Assembly (NCBI GenBank): GCA_913062605.1
Contig: CAJXWQ010000002.1
Coordinates: forward strand, 4,761 to 68,760
DNA length: 64,000 bases
Source of the DNA: an uncultured Cellvibrionales bacterium
GTDB lineage: Bacteria > Pseudomonadota > Gammaproteobacteria > Pseudomonadales > Porticoccaceae
Direction: 5' to 3'
A program made the position numbers and the translations under genes. The notes under the pieces were generated by a model that worked only from the letters and a program-made list of their open reading frames with translations, ran no database searches and had not been told where the DNA came from. Shown here in pieces: positions 29,651-40,014 of this stretch (positions are counted from its first letter, which is position 1; each line of letters begins with the position of its first letter).

Positions 29651-30688
29651 TTACACTGCGGTCAATGGGGGCAGTGTATCCATTGGCCATCGGGGTATCG
29701 CACGAATGGTCAGTGCTTCCTGCTGTCCCGCTAATAACCGCTGGCACCCTGCATAGGCAATCATGGCACCGTTATCGGTACAAAACTCATGACGAGCGTA
29801 GAAAATTTCTCCGTTTACTTTAGCCAAGCTGTCGGACAGTTTTTCTCGCAATCGTGTATTCGCCGATACACCACCAGCAATAATCAACGTCCTCAACCCC
29901 GTCTGCTCCAGTGCCCGACGGCATTTTATCGCCAGAGTATCCACCACTGCTTCCTGAAAGGCACAGGCAATATCAGCCATAGTCTGATCATCTGGCAGCA
30001 CATCGTCACCCCGGTGCTTGGCAATGGTATTCAGGGTATAAGTTTTCAGGCCGGAAAAACTGAAATCAAGACCGGGCCGATCCGTCATCGGTCGCGGAAA
30101 CTTAAATCGACTGGTATCGCCTTGTGTCGCCAGACGGGCAATTTCAGGGCCGCCCGGATAATCCAGGTCGAGCATTTTGGCCGCCTTATCGAAGGCCTCA
30201 CCCGCCGCATCGTCCAGAGACTCACCCAGTATCCGATACTGGCCTATGCTCTTCACCTCAACCAATTGGGTATGACCACCAGATACCAGAAGAGCCACAA
30301 AGGGAAATTCTGGTGGATTTTCTTCCAGCATGGGCGCCAGCAGATGGCCTTCCATATGGTGAACCCCAACCGCAGGCACTTGCCAGGCATAGGCCAGAGA
30401 GCGTCCCATACTCGCACCCACCATCAGAGCCCCTATCAGACCAGGTCCTGCTGTATAGGCTATGCCGCCAATATCTGCTGAGGTTGTATTAGCATCAGCC
30501 AAGACTTCCCTGATTAGAGGTAATAATTTGCGCACATGATCTCGGGAAGCCAGTTCCGGCACGACGCCACCGTATTCCGCATGCACCGCTACCTGACTGT
30601 AGAGCGTATGAGCAAGCAGCCCCTGCTCACTGTCATAAACAGCGACACCTGTCTCATCACAGGAGGTTTCTATCCCCAGTACACGCAT
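29651..30688 (-). CDS. tsaD: tRNA N6-adenosine threonylcarbamoyltransferase
   Basis: Track ORF extends to 30745. ATG at 30688 ([19 protein letters not shown]) is the canonical TsaD start. HHMEGH metal motif is present. Confidence 0.93.
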   Translation of the reverse strand: MRVLGIETSCDETGVAVYDSEQGLLAHTLYSQVAVHAEYGGVVPELASRDHVRKLLPLIREVLADANTTSADIGGIAYTAGPGLIGALMVGASMGRSLAYAWQVPAVGVHHMEGHLLAPMLEENPPEFPFVALLVSGGHTQLVEVKSIGQYRILGESLDDAAGEAFDKAAKMLDLDYPGGPEIARLATQGDTSRFKFPRPMTDRPGLDFSFSGLKTYTLNTIAKHRGDDVLPDDQTMADIACAFQEAVVDTLAIKCRRALEQTGLRTLIIAGGVSANTRLREKLSDSLAKVNGEIFYARHEFCTDNGAMIAYAGCQRLLAGQQEALTIRAIPRWPMDTLPPLTAV

Positions 30689-30904
30689 TATTCCAAGCTC
30701 ACTTTGTAGAATGCTCCAAGCCCATTTGTAGAATGTGGAAATCATACGTCAAAAATGCCCCAAATTCATGCGCTTAGCTGCGCTTAAAGCAGCAGACAAA
30801 AGTTTTGCAACTACCCGAGGATATGTATAGAATACGCGCCCTTGCAGTTGTACCGGGTTACTCGGTGCCTAAACCAAAACTAAAGACAACAGGATAGAGG
30901 TTAC

Positions 30905-31120
30905 ATGCCCTTCGTTCGCGTTAAAGAAAACGAGCCTTTTGATGTGGCTCTGCGTCGCTTCAAGCGTTCTTGTGAGAAAGCTGGTGTATTGGCAGAAGTT
31001 CGTCGCCGTGAGTTCTACGAGAAACCCACTTGGGAGCGCAAGCGTAAAGCTGCTGCTGCTGTTAAGCGTCACGCTAAGAAGCAGTCTCGCGAAACCAAGA
31101 AGTTTGTACGCCTGTACTAA
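30905..31120 (+). CDS. rpsU: 30S ribosomal protein S21
   Basis: 71 aa. [27 protein letters not shown]. Confidence 0.97.
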   Translation: MPFVRVKENEPFDVALRRFKRSCEKAGVLAEVRRREFYEKPTWERKRKAAAAVKRHAKKQSRETKKFVRLY

Positions 31121-31180
31121 ATCTGTACTGATTTATTAGGCTATACCATCTATTAGATAGGTGGTGACATCTATCCTTGA

Positions 31181-31205
31181 AGCGCCGCACTGTCGGCGCT
31201 TTTTG
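31181..31205 (+). terminator. Rho-independent terminator/attenuator after rpsU
   Basis: AGCGCCG-CACTGT-CGGCGCT stem-loop followed by TTTT. Confidence 0.7.
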
Positions 31206-31252
31206 CGTTTGAGACATTTTCCACTGAGAAACACCTACGACAGGAGCAAGCC

Positions 31253-31702
31253 ATGAGCGAATCTCTAAAAGTCCAAATTACCAGTGCCATGAAAGATGCT
31301 ATGCGCGCCAAAGCGAAAGAACGCCTGGGTGCCATTCGCCTTATTCTGGCCGACGTCAAACGAATCGAAGTCGATGAGCGTATTGATGTTGATGATACCC
31401 GACTGCTTGCTGTCCTCGACAAAATGGTCAAACAACGCCGTGACTCTATTCATCAATTTGAAGACGCTGGACGCCAAGAATTGGCCGACAAAGAACAAGC
31501 CGAAATTGATGTCATTCAAGAATTTCTACCCGAAGCACTGAGTGATGAAGAGCTGGCAGCAATGATTGATGCAGCCATTGCCTCTAGCGGTGCTGAGTCT
31601 ATGCGCGATATGGGTAAAGTGATGGGTATCCTCAAGCCTAAAATTCAGGGCCGTGCCGATGCGGGTACTGTCAGCGGTATGGTGAAAGGAAAGCTGGGCT
31701 AA
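31253..31702 (+). CDS. GatB/YqeY domain protein
   Basis: 149 aa. LKxxIxxAMKDAMRAKxKxRLGAIRL pattern. Conserved position between rpsU and dnaG. Confidence 0.88.
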   Translation: MSESLKVQITSAMKDAMRAKAKERLGAIRLILADVKRIEVDERIDVDDTRLLAVLDKMVKQRRDSIHQFEDAGRQELADKEQAEIDVIQEFLPEALSDEELAAMIDAAIASSGAESMRDMGKVMGILKPKIQGRADAGTVSGMVKGKLG

Positions 31703-31891
31703 GCTTGGGTCGAAGCTAAAGAACTCATCAACGGACTGGATACTGACACCTCGTTAGTATTAAGCTGTCTGGATTGCCCCAAGCAGCAACCCAGACAACA
31801 CCATGACAAGAAGCCTGGCTGCGGGCACGAGCCCTTTAGAGTAATACTGATAGCAGACCCAGAACTCATAGCAGACCCAGATACCCCATAA

Positions 31892-33856
31892 ATGGCCGGC
31901 AGAATCCCGCAAACTTTCATCGATGACGTCCTTGACCGGGTTGATATTGTCGATGTGGTGGGAAGTCGGCTAGACCTGAGGAAATCTGGCAAAAACCATT
32001 CGGCCTGCTGCCCTTTTCACGACGAAAAAACCCCTTCCTTTACCGTCAGTCAGGACAAACAGTTCTACTATTGCTTCGGCTGTGGTGCTGGCGGTAATGC
32101 CATTGGCTTCGTCATCGATTTTGACCGGATGTCGTTCCCGGAAGCGATAGAAAATCTTGCCAAACACGTAGGATTGGAAGTCCCTCGGGAGGCCAGTCAT
32201 GATGATGGAGCAAGCCAGCGACGCAAGGCACTCTACGATATCATGGACAAGGCAGATCGATTTTATCGCAGCAGCCTTCGCAATCACCCTGCGGCCCATG
32301 AGGCGGTTGACTATCTCAAGTCCCGTGCACTGAGTGGTGAGGTCGCACGAAACTTCGGTATTGGTTTTGCCCCTCCGGGTTGGGACAACCTGCTACAAAA
32401 TTTGGGGAAAACAGACGAAGAAATCAGTCGACTGAATGAGTCTGGCCTACTGATCGAACGAACCGAAGAAAATAAACGCTACGACCGGTTTCGTCACCGA
32501 ATTATGTTTCCCATCAGGGATGTTCGTGGCCGTACTATCGGCTTTGGTGGACGGGTACTAGGCGACGACAAACCTAAATACCTGAATTCGCCCGAGACAC
32601 CTCTATTCCATAAAGGCCGCGAGCTTTACGGTCTGTTCGAAGCCAATCAAAAACTACGAGATATTCCCAACCTACTCGTTGTTGAGGGCTATATGGATGT
32701 AGCAGCACTGGCCCAGCACGGCATTTACAATGCCGTCGCCACACTGGGAACGGCCGCTACACCCGAGCACCTGGATAAACTGTTCCGTTACACCTCGGAG
32801 GTGATCTACTGTTTCGATGGTGATGACGCCGGTAGAAAGGCGGCCCGTCGCGCTCTGGAAACCAGCCTGCCAGTAATGTTCGATGGCCGCTCAGCTAAAT
32901 TTCTGTTTCTACCTGATGGAGAAGACCCGGACACCCTTGTGCGAGACATAGGCAGCGACAAATTTCTCCGGCTGGTGCAATCCGCCACCCCTATTTCAGA
33001 CTTTTTGTTTGAATCCGTATCAGAGGGGCTCGACGTAGAATCCCTCGATGGTCGCGCCCGATTAAGCAAGCTGGCTGCGCCCATGATCAACCAGATGCCA
33101 CAAGGCGTCTTCAAAGCGCTGATGCTAAAAACCCTGTCCCAGAAAACAGGACTGGATACCGACACCCTCTCCGAATTGATTGAACCCATCGAACCCGCAA
33201 TACCAGAATATGATCAGGAGCCACCCACCCCCGAGGACACTGGTGATTACCCTGAATACTACGGTGATGCAGGCCTAGACACAGGCCATACTTATGATCA
33301 CCAACGCGAGCAAAACATGCCACGTCAGCGTGATGTACTTGCTCGCCGGGAAAAACGGGTAAAAATGCCCCCAACACACACGCTGATCGCCCTACTGGCC
33401 AACCACCCTGAATTAGTCGGTCTCATCACAGACGTAAATACCCTTAGTCATCTTGAAGTAGAAGGTATCGACATACTGGTGCCGTTAGTGAAAGTGATTC
33501 AGAAAAACCCGGCCTACACCCTCAACCATATCCTTGGGTACTGGCGTGGCATCCATGATGTCAGCCAAGCCGAACAACTCACAGAAATCGCAGCAACCGA
33601 CTTATTACGCGCCACACCCAACAGTATTCGTGATAATCACAAAGAGTTTCAGGACATCCTGAGCCAACTATTACGGCGCTCCACCGACAAGCTATTACCA
33701 ATGGATATTCTCCAGCATCTAGCCGCCAAAGAAACCGTCGATGATCAGGATTTAAATAGCTTCTACACGGCCTGGCTGAAGCTGCCGGAAGCTCAACGTA
33801 CCGAGGAAGCAAAAGCTCTTTTTAATCAAATACTTGGAAAGCCGCGTCTTCAGTAA
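31892..33856 (+). CDS. dnaG: DNA primase
   Basis: 654 aa. Zinc ribbon CCPFHDEKTPSF...CFGCG and TOPRIM EGYMDV. Confidence 0.97.
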   Translation: MAGRIPQTFIDDVLDRVDIVDVVGSRLDLRKSGKNHSACCPFHDEKTPSFTVSQDKQFYYCFGCGAGGNAIGFVIDFDRMSFPEAIENLAKHVGLEVPREASHDDGASQRRKALYDIMDKADRFYRSSLRNHPAAHEAVDYLKSRALSGEVARNFGIGFAPPGWDNLLQNLGKTDEEISRLNESGLLIERTEENKRYDRFRHRIMFPIRDVRGRTIGFGGRVLGDDKPKYLNSPETPLFHKGRELYGLFEANQKLRDIPNLLVVEGYMDVAALAQHGIYNAVATLGTAATPEHLDKLFRYTSEVIYCFDGDDAGRKAARRALETSLPVMFDGRSAKFLFLPDGEDPDTLVRDIGSDKFLRLVQSATPISDFLFESVSEGLDVESLDGRARLSKLAAPMINQMPQGVFKALMLKTLSQKTGLDTDTLSELIEPIEPAIPEYDQEPPTPEDTGDYPEYYGDAGLDTGHTYDHQREQNMPRQRDVLARREKRVKMPPTHTLIALLANHPELVGLITDVNTLSHLEVEGIDILVPLVKVIQKNPAYTLNHILGYWRGIHDVSQAEQLTEIAATDLLRATPNSIRDNHKEFQDILSQLLRRSTDKLLPMDILQHLAAKETVDDQDLNSFYTAWLKLPEAQRTEEAKALFNQILGKPRLQ

Positions 33857-33971
33857 CACGTCGTCAGAAATTTACCGCCCTTTTCGCAAACTAGGTAAGA
33901 CAAAACCTGTTTAATCCAGTATAATCCCGCGCTTTATTTCGCCCCCTATTCTCAGTGACAGTAGATCGTAT

Positions 33972-35795
33972 ATGAGCGGTAACGCACAGCAACAATCACG
34001 TATCAAGGAATTGATCTCCCGCGGCAGAGAGCAAGGCTATCTGACCTATACCGAAGTGAATGACCACCTGCCCGAGGATATTTCTGATCCGGATCAGGTT
34101 GAAGATATCATTCAAATGATCAATGACATGGGCATTAATGTCTTTGAGACAGCACCTGATGCCGAACAACTTCTAAGCACCACCGAGTCAACCACTGACG
34201 AGATTGCAGCCGCTGAAGCCGCCGCCGCACTTGCTGCTGTAGAAACCGAAAAGCACCGCACCACTGATCCGGTCCGTATGTACATGCGCGAAATGGGCTC
34301 AGTGGAGCTACTCACTCGTGAAGGCGAAATTGCAATCGCCAAACGCATTGAAGAAGGCATCCGTGAGCTGTTGGCCGCCATGGCTGAATGGCCAACTGCC
34401 GTTGACCACATCCTTGCTGAATACGACCTGATCGAAACTGAAGAACGAAAGCTCGCGGATGTTCTGATTGGCTACTTGAATCCCATGGAGCACGTACCAT
34501 CTGCTCTCGCCCAAGCAGAAGCGGCAAAGAAAGAAGAAGGCGATGATGACGATGACGATGACGACGATGATGATGAGCCTAAAGGCCTCGACCCCATCGA
34601 AGCCAAGGAACGATTTGACACGCTGCGCCTACTGAACACTAAAGCCAAAAAGGCACTCAATAAACATGGGCTGGCTCATAAAACCACCCAAGAACATATG
34701 CTTGCACTTAGCGATCACTTCAAATACCTGAAGCTGGCACCCAAACAATTTGAACCTATGGTTCAAAATGTGCGAGATGCACTTTATGTCGTTCGCGGAG
34801 AAGAACGTAAAATCATGTCTCTTTGCGTACGCCAGGCAAAGATGTCTCGAGCGGACTTCATTCGCACCTTCCCGGGCAATGAAACAGATGAAAGCTGGGT
34901 ATCAAGTCTACTGAAAAGTAAAGAAGCCTACGTCGGTGTCCTGAAGCGACTTGAACCAGAAATTCAGCGATCTCAACGCCGCCTACAGCAAGTGGAAGAT
35001 AGAGCTGGTCTAAAAACAAGCCAGGTTAAAGACATCAACCGCCGTATGTCTATTGGTGAAGCCAAGGCTCGCCGAGCCAAAAAAGAAATGGTTGAAGCCA
35101 ACCTGCGTCTGGTTATTTCTATTGCGAAAAAATACACCAATCGCGGCCTACAATTCCTCGATCTTATCCAGGAAGGCAATATCGGCCTGATGAAAGCAGT
35201 CGACAAGTTTGAATACCGCCGTGGCTACAAATTCTCTACTTATGCGACCTGGTGGATCCGACAGGCCATCACACGATCCATTGCGGATCAGGCACGCACC
35301 ATTCGTATACCCGTGCACATGATTGAGACCATCAACAAACTCAATCGCATCTCTCGCCAAATGCTTCAGGAAATGGGTCGTGAACCTACACCTGAAGAAC
35401 TGGGCGAGCGTATGGAAATGCCAGAAGAAAAAATTCGCAAAGTACTGAAAATTGCCAAAGAACCTATCTCCATGGAAACACCCATTGGTGATGATGAAGA
35501 CTCACACCTGGGTGACTTTATCGAAGATGGCAATGTTCTTTCACCCGTGGACTCTGCCACAGGTGAGAGCCTCACAGAAGCTACCCGTGACGTACTAAAC
35601 GGCCTCACAATACGAGAAGCCAAAGTACTGCGTATGCGCTTCGGTATCGACATGAATACTGACCACACTCTGGAAGAAGTGGGTAAACAGTTTGATGTAA
35701 CTCGTGAGAGAATTCGTCAGATTGAAGCCAAGGCACTGCGTAAGCTACGCCACCCGACGCGTTCAGATCACCTACGAAGCTTCCTGGATGAGTAA
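33972..35795 (+). CDS. rpoD: RNA polymerase sigma-70 factor
   Basis: 607 aa. Acidic spacer with poly-Asp. Regions 2-4 are present ([27 protein letters not shown]). Confidence 0.98.
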   Translation: MSGNAQQQSRIKELISRGREQGYLTYTEVNDHLPEDISDPDQVEDIIQMINDMGINVFETAPDAEQLLSTTESTTDEIAAAEAAAALAAVETEKHRTTDPVRMYMREMGSVELLTREGEIAIAKRIEEGIRELLAAMAEWPTAVDHILAEYDLIETEERKLADVLIGYLNPMEHVPSALAQAEAAKKEEGDDDDDDDDDDDEPKGLDPIEAKERFDTLRLLNTKAKKALNKHGLAHKTTQEHMLALSDHFKYLKLAPKQFEPMVQNVRDALYVVRGEERKIMSLCVRQAKMSRADFIRTFPGNETDESWVSSLLKSKEAYVGVLKRLEPEIQRSQRRLQQVEDRAGLKTSQVKDINRRMSIGEAKARRAKKEMVEANLRLVISIAKKYTNRGLQFLDLIQEGNIGLMKAVDKFEYRRGYKFSTYATWWIRQAITRSIADQARTIRIPVHMIETINKLNRISRQMLQEMGREPTPEELGERMEMPEEKIRKVLKIAKEPISMETPIGDDEDSHLGDFIEDGNVLSPVDSATGESLTEATRDVLNGLTIREAKVLRMRFGIDMNTDHTLEEVGKQFDVTRERIRQIEAKALRKLRHPTRSDHLRSFLDE

Positions 35796-35951
35796 GCAGT
35801 AAACATATAAATCTAAAAAGAAGTTAAACGCCGGATTTTTGGCTCAATGCAAGGCGCACAATGAATGAACGAAGGAGCATACATCAAGTATGTGACTGAG
35901 AGAGTGAAGCCGTGTAACGCCGCACTGAGCCAAAAAGACAAGTTTAAAAAA

Positions 35952-36028
35952 GGGCCCATAGCTCAGCTGGTTAGAGCAGTCGACTCATAATCGATTGGTC
36001 GAAGGTTCAAGTCCTTCTGGGCCCACCA
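35952..36028 (+). tRNA. tRNA with CAU anticodon, tRNA-Ile2 (lysidine)-like; intact cloverleaf
   Basis: GGGCCCA/TGGGCCC acceptor stem. D, anticodon (CTCATAA loop) and T arms all pair. CCA is encoded. Close resemblance to E. coli ileX as I recall it, including C4-G69/C5-G68. Same position downstream of rpoD. Confidence 0.9.
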
Positions 36029-36162
36029 TTTTCTCTTTATATTTCAATATGTTACCCGACAGCACCCTGCCGAAGCGCGCAAGCCTGCCGCGGTGGTGGT
36101 GTAGCTGGTGGTGACATCTACTTTTGCTTAACCACAAAGGAACGTTAAGAAAACTACAACCA

Positions 36163-36669
36163 CTATACTTCCACAGTACCAAAGCAAATAGCAGCATACT
36201 TCTCTTGTGCGATACTTTTTGTAGCTGCCCCGCCTATTTTCTTTATCTCTTCATCTATCAATGGCAATACTCTTAGCACCGTATTCTTTGCCTCACCTAA
36301 GCACTCTTTATTTCTCTCTGCAAAAGTATTGTCTTGCGCACCCTTACAACTACCAGCTAAATCTTTAATAAAGCTGGAATCATCTGATTTCATTTTCTTG
36401 TAGTTTTTCGAAAACCGGTAAGAACATTCAGAAGATTTAATCACCTCAGTCTCTGAATTTTGGCAATATCTCAGAAAATTAAAAGAATTGAACATTACAT
36501 TAAATCTTTCCTTGTCCACAGTGTAACCTGCATTATCAGCCAGCTTCACACACACACCAATCTTAGACAGCTCCTTTTGGAATTCTGCTTCTGTAAGGTC
36601 TTTTATCTGAGGAGTAGATCTTTCACAGCCAACAAGAACTATAAAAATTACAATTACAAACCTTTTCAT
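36163..36669 (-). CDS. Cysteine-rich putative lipoprotein
   Basis: Track ORF extends to 36747. ATG at 36669 gives MKRFVIVIFIVLVGC (lipobox LVGC). No family recognised. Confidence 0.6.
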   Translation of the reverse strand: MKRFVIVIFIVLVGCERSTPQIKDLTEAEFQKELSKIGVCVKLADNAGYTVDKERFNVMFNSFNFLRYCQNSETEVIKSSECSYRFSKNYKKMKSDDSSFIKDLAGSCKGAQDNTFAERNKECLGEAKNTVLRVLPLIDEEIKKIGGAATKSIAQEKYAAICFGTVEV

Positions 36670-36749
36670 TCTGCCTTCCATGTTGTTATTGGTAGTGTAA
36701 TTATACCAACAAATGAGGCATATATGCCTTAGACACAAATGCCTCATAG

Positions 36750-37004
36750 ATGAACTCTAGGAGGATGGATGAAAAAACTATATTTAAGGCTTTTGGTACT
36801 GTTTTAAAACGGTATAGAAAGGCTCAAAGCACCACGCAAGAGAAGCTGGCCTTAGATACCGGCTTCGATCGCACATTCATTTCCAGAATGGAACGAGGAT
36901 TAACCCAGCCTTCAGTAGCATCGCTTTTTCAGATAGCAAAATCTCTCAAAGTCCCGGCTTCAGATATGATTATTTCAGTTGAAGCAGAATTAAAATCTAA
37001 GTGA
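36750..37004 (+). CDS. XRE-family helix-turn-helix transcriptional regulator
   Basis: 84 aa. QEKLALDTGFDRTFISRMERGLTQPSVASLFQIAKSL is a classic HTH_3 pattern. Alternative start at 36765. Divergent from the lipoprotein gene. Confidence 0.8.
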   Translation: MNSRRMDEKTIFKAFGTVLKRYRKAQSTTQEKLALDTGFDRTFISRMERGLTQPSVASLFQIAKSLKVPASDMIISVEAELKSK

Positions 37005-37282
37005 AATACTCTTCTTGCAAGGAGAAGTGACCTAAGAAGGGGGGTTCCTAGACCAACTTAATATTCGTATAAATTAACCCTTTCCAGATTCCACGGGCTG
37101 CACTGGACCATACGGCGCACCGATTTTAGTGTAGGTTCTAGAAATTATCACCACACGATAGAACCCTTGTAATACCCTATTCAATCCCGCAACCCTAATG
37201 AGGCTAACATTTTTTATAGCAATCTGTTGAATTCGATGCCCCCCCGAAACCCAGGCCATATATGGCTTACAAATCAAAAAAA

Positions 37283-37332
37283 CAGTGACTCTAATCGATT
37301 GGTCGAAGGTTCAAGTCCTTCTGGGCCCACCA
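37283..37332 (+). repeat. Degenerate direct repeat of the tRNA 3' part (att-like scar B)
   Basis: CAGTGACTCTAATCGATTGGTCGAAGGTTCAAGTCCTTCTGGGCCCACCA. Identical to the tRNA from TAATCG to CCA, with two 1-nt gaps upstream of that. Confidence 0.9.
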
Positions 37333-37478
37333 TATTTTACGAATCAATAGCTTATAGTCGTTGGGTCGCCCTACTCTATAGGCAAATGAGTCGGCGACTC
37401 CCTCAGTTCTCCGTAAGTCCCCCAGAACATCTTGTCATAAAATCAAAATAAGTAAGTCTTCGCACAAGGCCATCAACA

Positions 37479-37912
37479 ATGGACACCGTAGACTCAAAAA
37501 AGCGCTCACAAATGATGCCCACCATAAAAGGCAAAGACACCAAGCTTGAGCTAACTATCCGCCGCCCCCTTTATCACCGAGGTTACTGATACCGAACCAA
37601 TGTCAGGTCGCTACCGGGATGCCCCGACCTTGTATTCAAAAAGTACCACTCCGTAATTTTTATAAACAGCTGTTTTGGCACGGCCACAAAAACTGCCACC
37701 TCGCCTACACCCCAAAAACCCGCACGGAATTTTGGGCATCAAAAATATCGGCAACAAAACAGTGGGACAAAAAATGTATCGAAGACCTTGAGTAACTTGA
37801 CTGGCGAGCTCTTTCCGTATGGGAGTGCTGCATTGAAGGCAAAGCCATCAAGAATCTACCAACACTCACAAACCTTATTGAAACATGGCTAAAAAGCAGC
37901 CAAGCCTCCTAG
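37479..37912 (+). pseudogene. vsr: Very-short-patch repair endonuclease (Vsr) pseudogene
   Basis: MDTVDSKKRSQMMPTIKGKDTKLELTIRRPLYHRGY, then TGA, then YRTNVRSLPGMPDLVFKKYHSVIFINSCF. A frameshift leads to WHGHKNCHLAYTPKTRTEFWASKISATKQWDKKCIEDLE, then TAA, then LDWRALSVWECC... No dcm partner is present. Confidence 0.8.
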
Positions 37913-37999
37913 ACACTCAGAGCAAATAAAAGCATTTATGTTGACAAAAATTGAGTAACACTAAAAGATAGTGATCAATTACTATCTTTTGGAGCTGGT

Positions 38000-38608
38000 A
38001 TGCAGCCGAAAAGCAAACACTTGCCCGCAGATGAGCGCCGCGCTGTTACTGTTGAAGCCGTCATTGAGCTCTCGGCAGAACAAAATCCTGGTGATATAAC
38101 TACGTCAGCCATTGCTAGGCACATGAACTTAACTCAAGGTGCACTATTTCGCCATTTCCCCAATAAGGAAGCTATTTGGCAGGCAGTGATGGAATGGGTT
38201 TCGGAACACTTGCTCGCACGGGTAGACAAGGCGATAAAGGCTGAAAAAACACAACTTGCAGCACTGGAAGCGGTGTTTGTAACCCATATCGAATTTGTCG
38301 CAGCGCACCCGGGTGTACCGCGTATGCTGTTTGGTGAATTACAGCGGGCCGAGGATACTGCTCCTAAACGCATGGCGCGAACTCTTCTACGGAAATACGG
38401 TGAACGACTGACTGTATTGATAGAGAAGGGCAAGGCCGAAGGTGAAATTGATTCCGCTGTTGATACTGTGGCTGCGGGAACATTGTTCATAGGCACCATT
38501 CAAGGCTTGGTTATGCAGTCATTGCTAGCCGGGGATACTGGAAGTATGCGAGATAAGGTGCCAAGGGTATTCACAATTTATCGCCGAGGTATCGAGCGCA
38601 GCATATGA
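38000..38608 (+). CDS. TetR/AcrR-family transcriptional regulator
   Basis: 202 aa. N-terminal HTH ITTSAIARHMNLTQGALFRHFPNKEAI. 4-nt overlap with the adaptor gene. Confidence 0.88.
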   Translation: MQPKSKHLPADERRAVTVEAVIELSAEQNPGDITTSAIARHMNLTQGALFRHFPNKEAIWQAVMEWVSEHLLARVDKAIKAEKTQLAALEAVFVTHIEFVAAHPGVPRMLFGELQRAEDTAPKRMARTLLRKYGERLTVLIEKGKAEGEIDSAVDTVAAGTLFIGTIQGLVMQSLLAGDTGSMRDKVPRVFTIYRRGIERSI

Positions 38609-40014
38609 AAAAAATCATTCAGAAGCCGCTTATTCTACCGCTGATTGTTGTCGTTGCCTTGGCGCTGGTTATTTTTAAGGTGAAATCCAAGCCTCCTATT
38701 GAGCATGACGAACTGCAATTTCCCATCAAAACAGTGGAAGTCATTACACTTAAGAAGATTGCCTTTCGCAGTCGTGCCATTGCTTACGGTAATGTAGAGC
38801 CCGCTGTTTTGTTGAAAGCCAAAACTGAAGTTAGCGGCAAGATTAGTTATATTCACCCTTCCTTGAAAAAAGGCGCAAGTCTGGCCAAAGGCACTGTAGT
38901 TTTAAGAATTGAGCCGACCACTTTTGAGTTTTCGCTGGATCAGAGCAAGGCGGGTCTGGCGAGTAGTCAATCGTCCTTAACACAACTGGAAGTTGAGGAA
39001 ACAAGCACTCGCCGCTCTGTCGAAATCGCAGAACATAATTTACAGATTGGTGAAAAAGAATTAGATCGTTTTCGCAGTATTTTAGAGAGACAGTTAATTT
39101 CCCGTTCAGCCGTTGATGCTGAAGAACAGAAAGTATTGCAACTACGTCAGCAGGTTGAAGATTTGCAGGGAAAACTGGCAGGCTTCAGCAGCCGTAAAGC
39201 TGCAATTCAGGCACAAATCAAGCAATCCAAAACTCAGCTAGCTCAAAGTAAAGATACTCTGGGGCGCGCCGAAATTCGTCTGCCTTTTGATGCCCGTATC
39301 GGCGAGGTTTTAGTAGAGAAAGGAGAGTACGCTGCCGTTGGTAGTGTGTTGTTTGAAGCATTAGGTACACAGGCCGTTGAAATTAATGCTCAGTTACCTG
39401 TGCGTCAATTTTACCCACTAATTATGGGTGGTGAAACACGCAGTATCAATTTGCAAAAGCCGGAAGACTTGCAGATTGAATTTTCAAAACTTCAATTGAA
39501 GGCAAACGTTAGGCTGGTCGGGAACGACGCTAGCATTGCAAAATGGCACGGTGAATTGCTACGTATTAGCGAGTCCATTGACCCTGAACGGGATACGATA
39601 GGCCTGGTCGTTGTCGTCAATAATCCCTATGAAAAGGTGATCCCGGGCAAACGTCCACCCTTGCTGAAAGGCATGTATGCAGCCGTTGAAATTAGTGCGC
39701 GCCCTAAAGCCATGTTGGTTTTACCGAGAAAGGCTATCCACCAGGGACGTGTCTACATTGCCAAAGCAAATAATCAGTTAGAAATACGTCCAGTGAATAT
39801 TCTTCACAAACAAGGGCAATTGGTAATTGTTGGCGGTGGAGCCAAAGAGGGTGAGAGAATTATTATCACCGATGTTATTCCTGTAATTGATGGCTTGCCA
39901 CTTAAACCAGTCATGGCAAGGGAATATGAAAAACAGCTGGCTAGAGACGCGCTTGGTGAAGAAAACATAAGCCCAAATAAAATCAATGGGGATAAAAAAG
40001 GTGCGACGGAATGA
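38605..40014 (+). CDS. RND efflux periplasmic adaptor (membrane fusion protein)
   Basis: 469 aa. N-terminal TM, coiled-coil hairpin segment and beta-barrel C-terminal part. Translationally coupled to the RND pump. Confidence 0.8.
   Translation: MKKIIQKPLILPLIVVVALALVIFKVKSKPPIEHDELQFPIKTVEVITLKKIAFRSRAIAYGNVEPAVLLKAKTEVSGKISYIHPSLKKGASLAKGTVVLRIEPTTFEFSLDQSKAGLASSQSSLTQLEVEETSTRRSVEIAEHNLQIGEKELDRFRSILERQLISRSAVDAEEQKVLQLRQQVEDLQGKLAGFSSRKAAIQAQIKQSKTQLAQSKDTLGRAEIRLPFDARIGEVLVEKGEYAAVGSVLFEALGTQAVEINAQLPVRQFYPLIMGGETRSINLQKPEDLQIEFSKLQLKANVRLVGNDASIAKWHGELLRISESIDPERDTIGLVVVVNNPYEKVIPGKRPPLLKGMYAAVEISARPKAMLVLPRKAIHQGRVYIAKANNQLEIRPVNILHKQGQLVIVGGGAKEGERIIITDVIPVIDGLPLKPVMAREYEKQLARDALGEENISPNKINGDKKGATE

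Larger units (their letters stand above)
36029..37332 (+). mobile_element. Islet 1 of tandem tRNA-associated array (lipoprotein + XRE regulator), bounded by tRNA 3' repeat
   Basis: Lies between the intact tRNA and a degenerate direct repeat of its 3' part (37283-37332). Visibly A+T-rich. Confidence 0.5.

Noticed and set aside
34541-34575. GAT/GAC trinucleotide run, considered as a tandem repeat or CRISPR-like feature.
   Set aside because: It encodes the poly-Asp tract of the acidic spacer region of sigma-70, so it is ordinary coding low complexity. No CRISPR-like repeat-spacer structure exists anywhere in the window.
35836-35936. 11-bp perfect inverted repeat TTTTTGGCTCA / TGAGCCAAAAA separated by about 80 nt, between rpoD and the tRNA.
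   Set aside because: The loop is too long for an intrinsic terminator and I found no second copy or known motif. It may be a processing structure, but it is not supportable from sequence alone.
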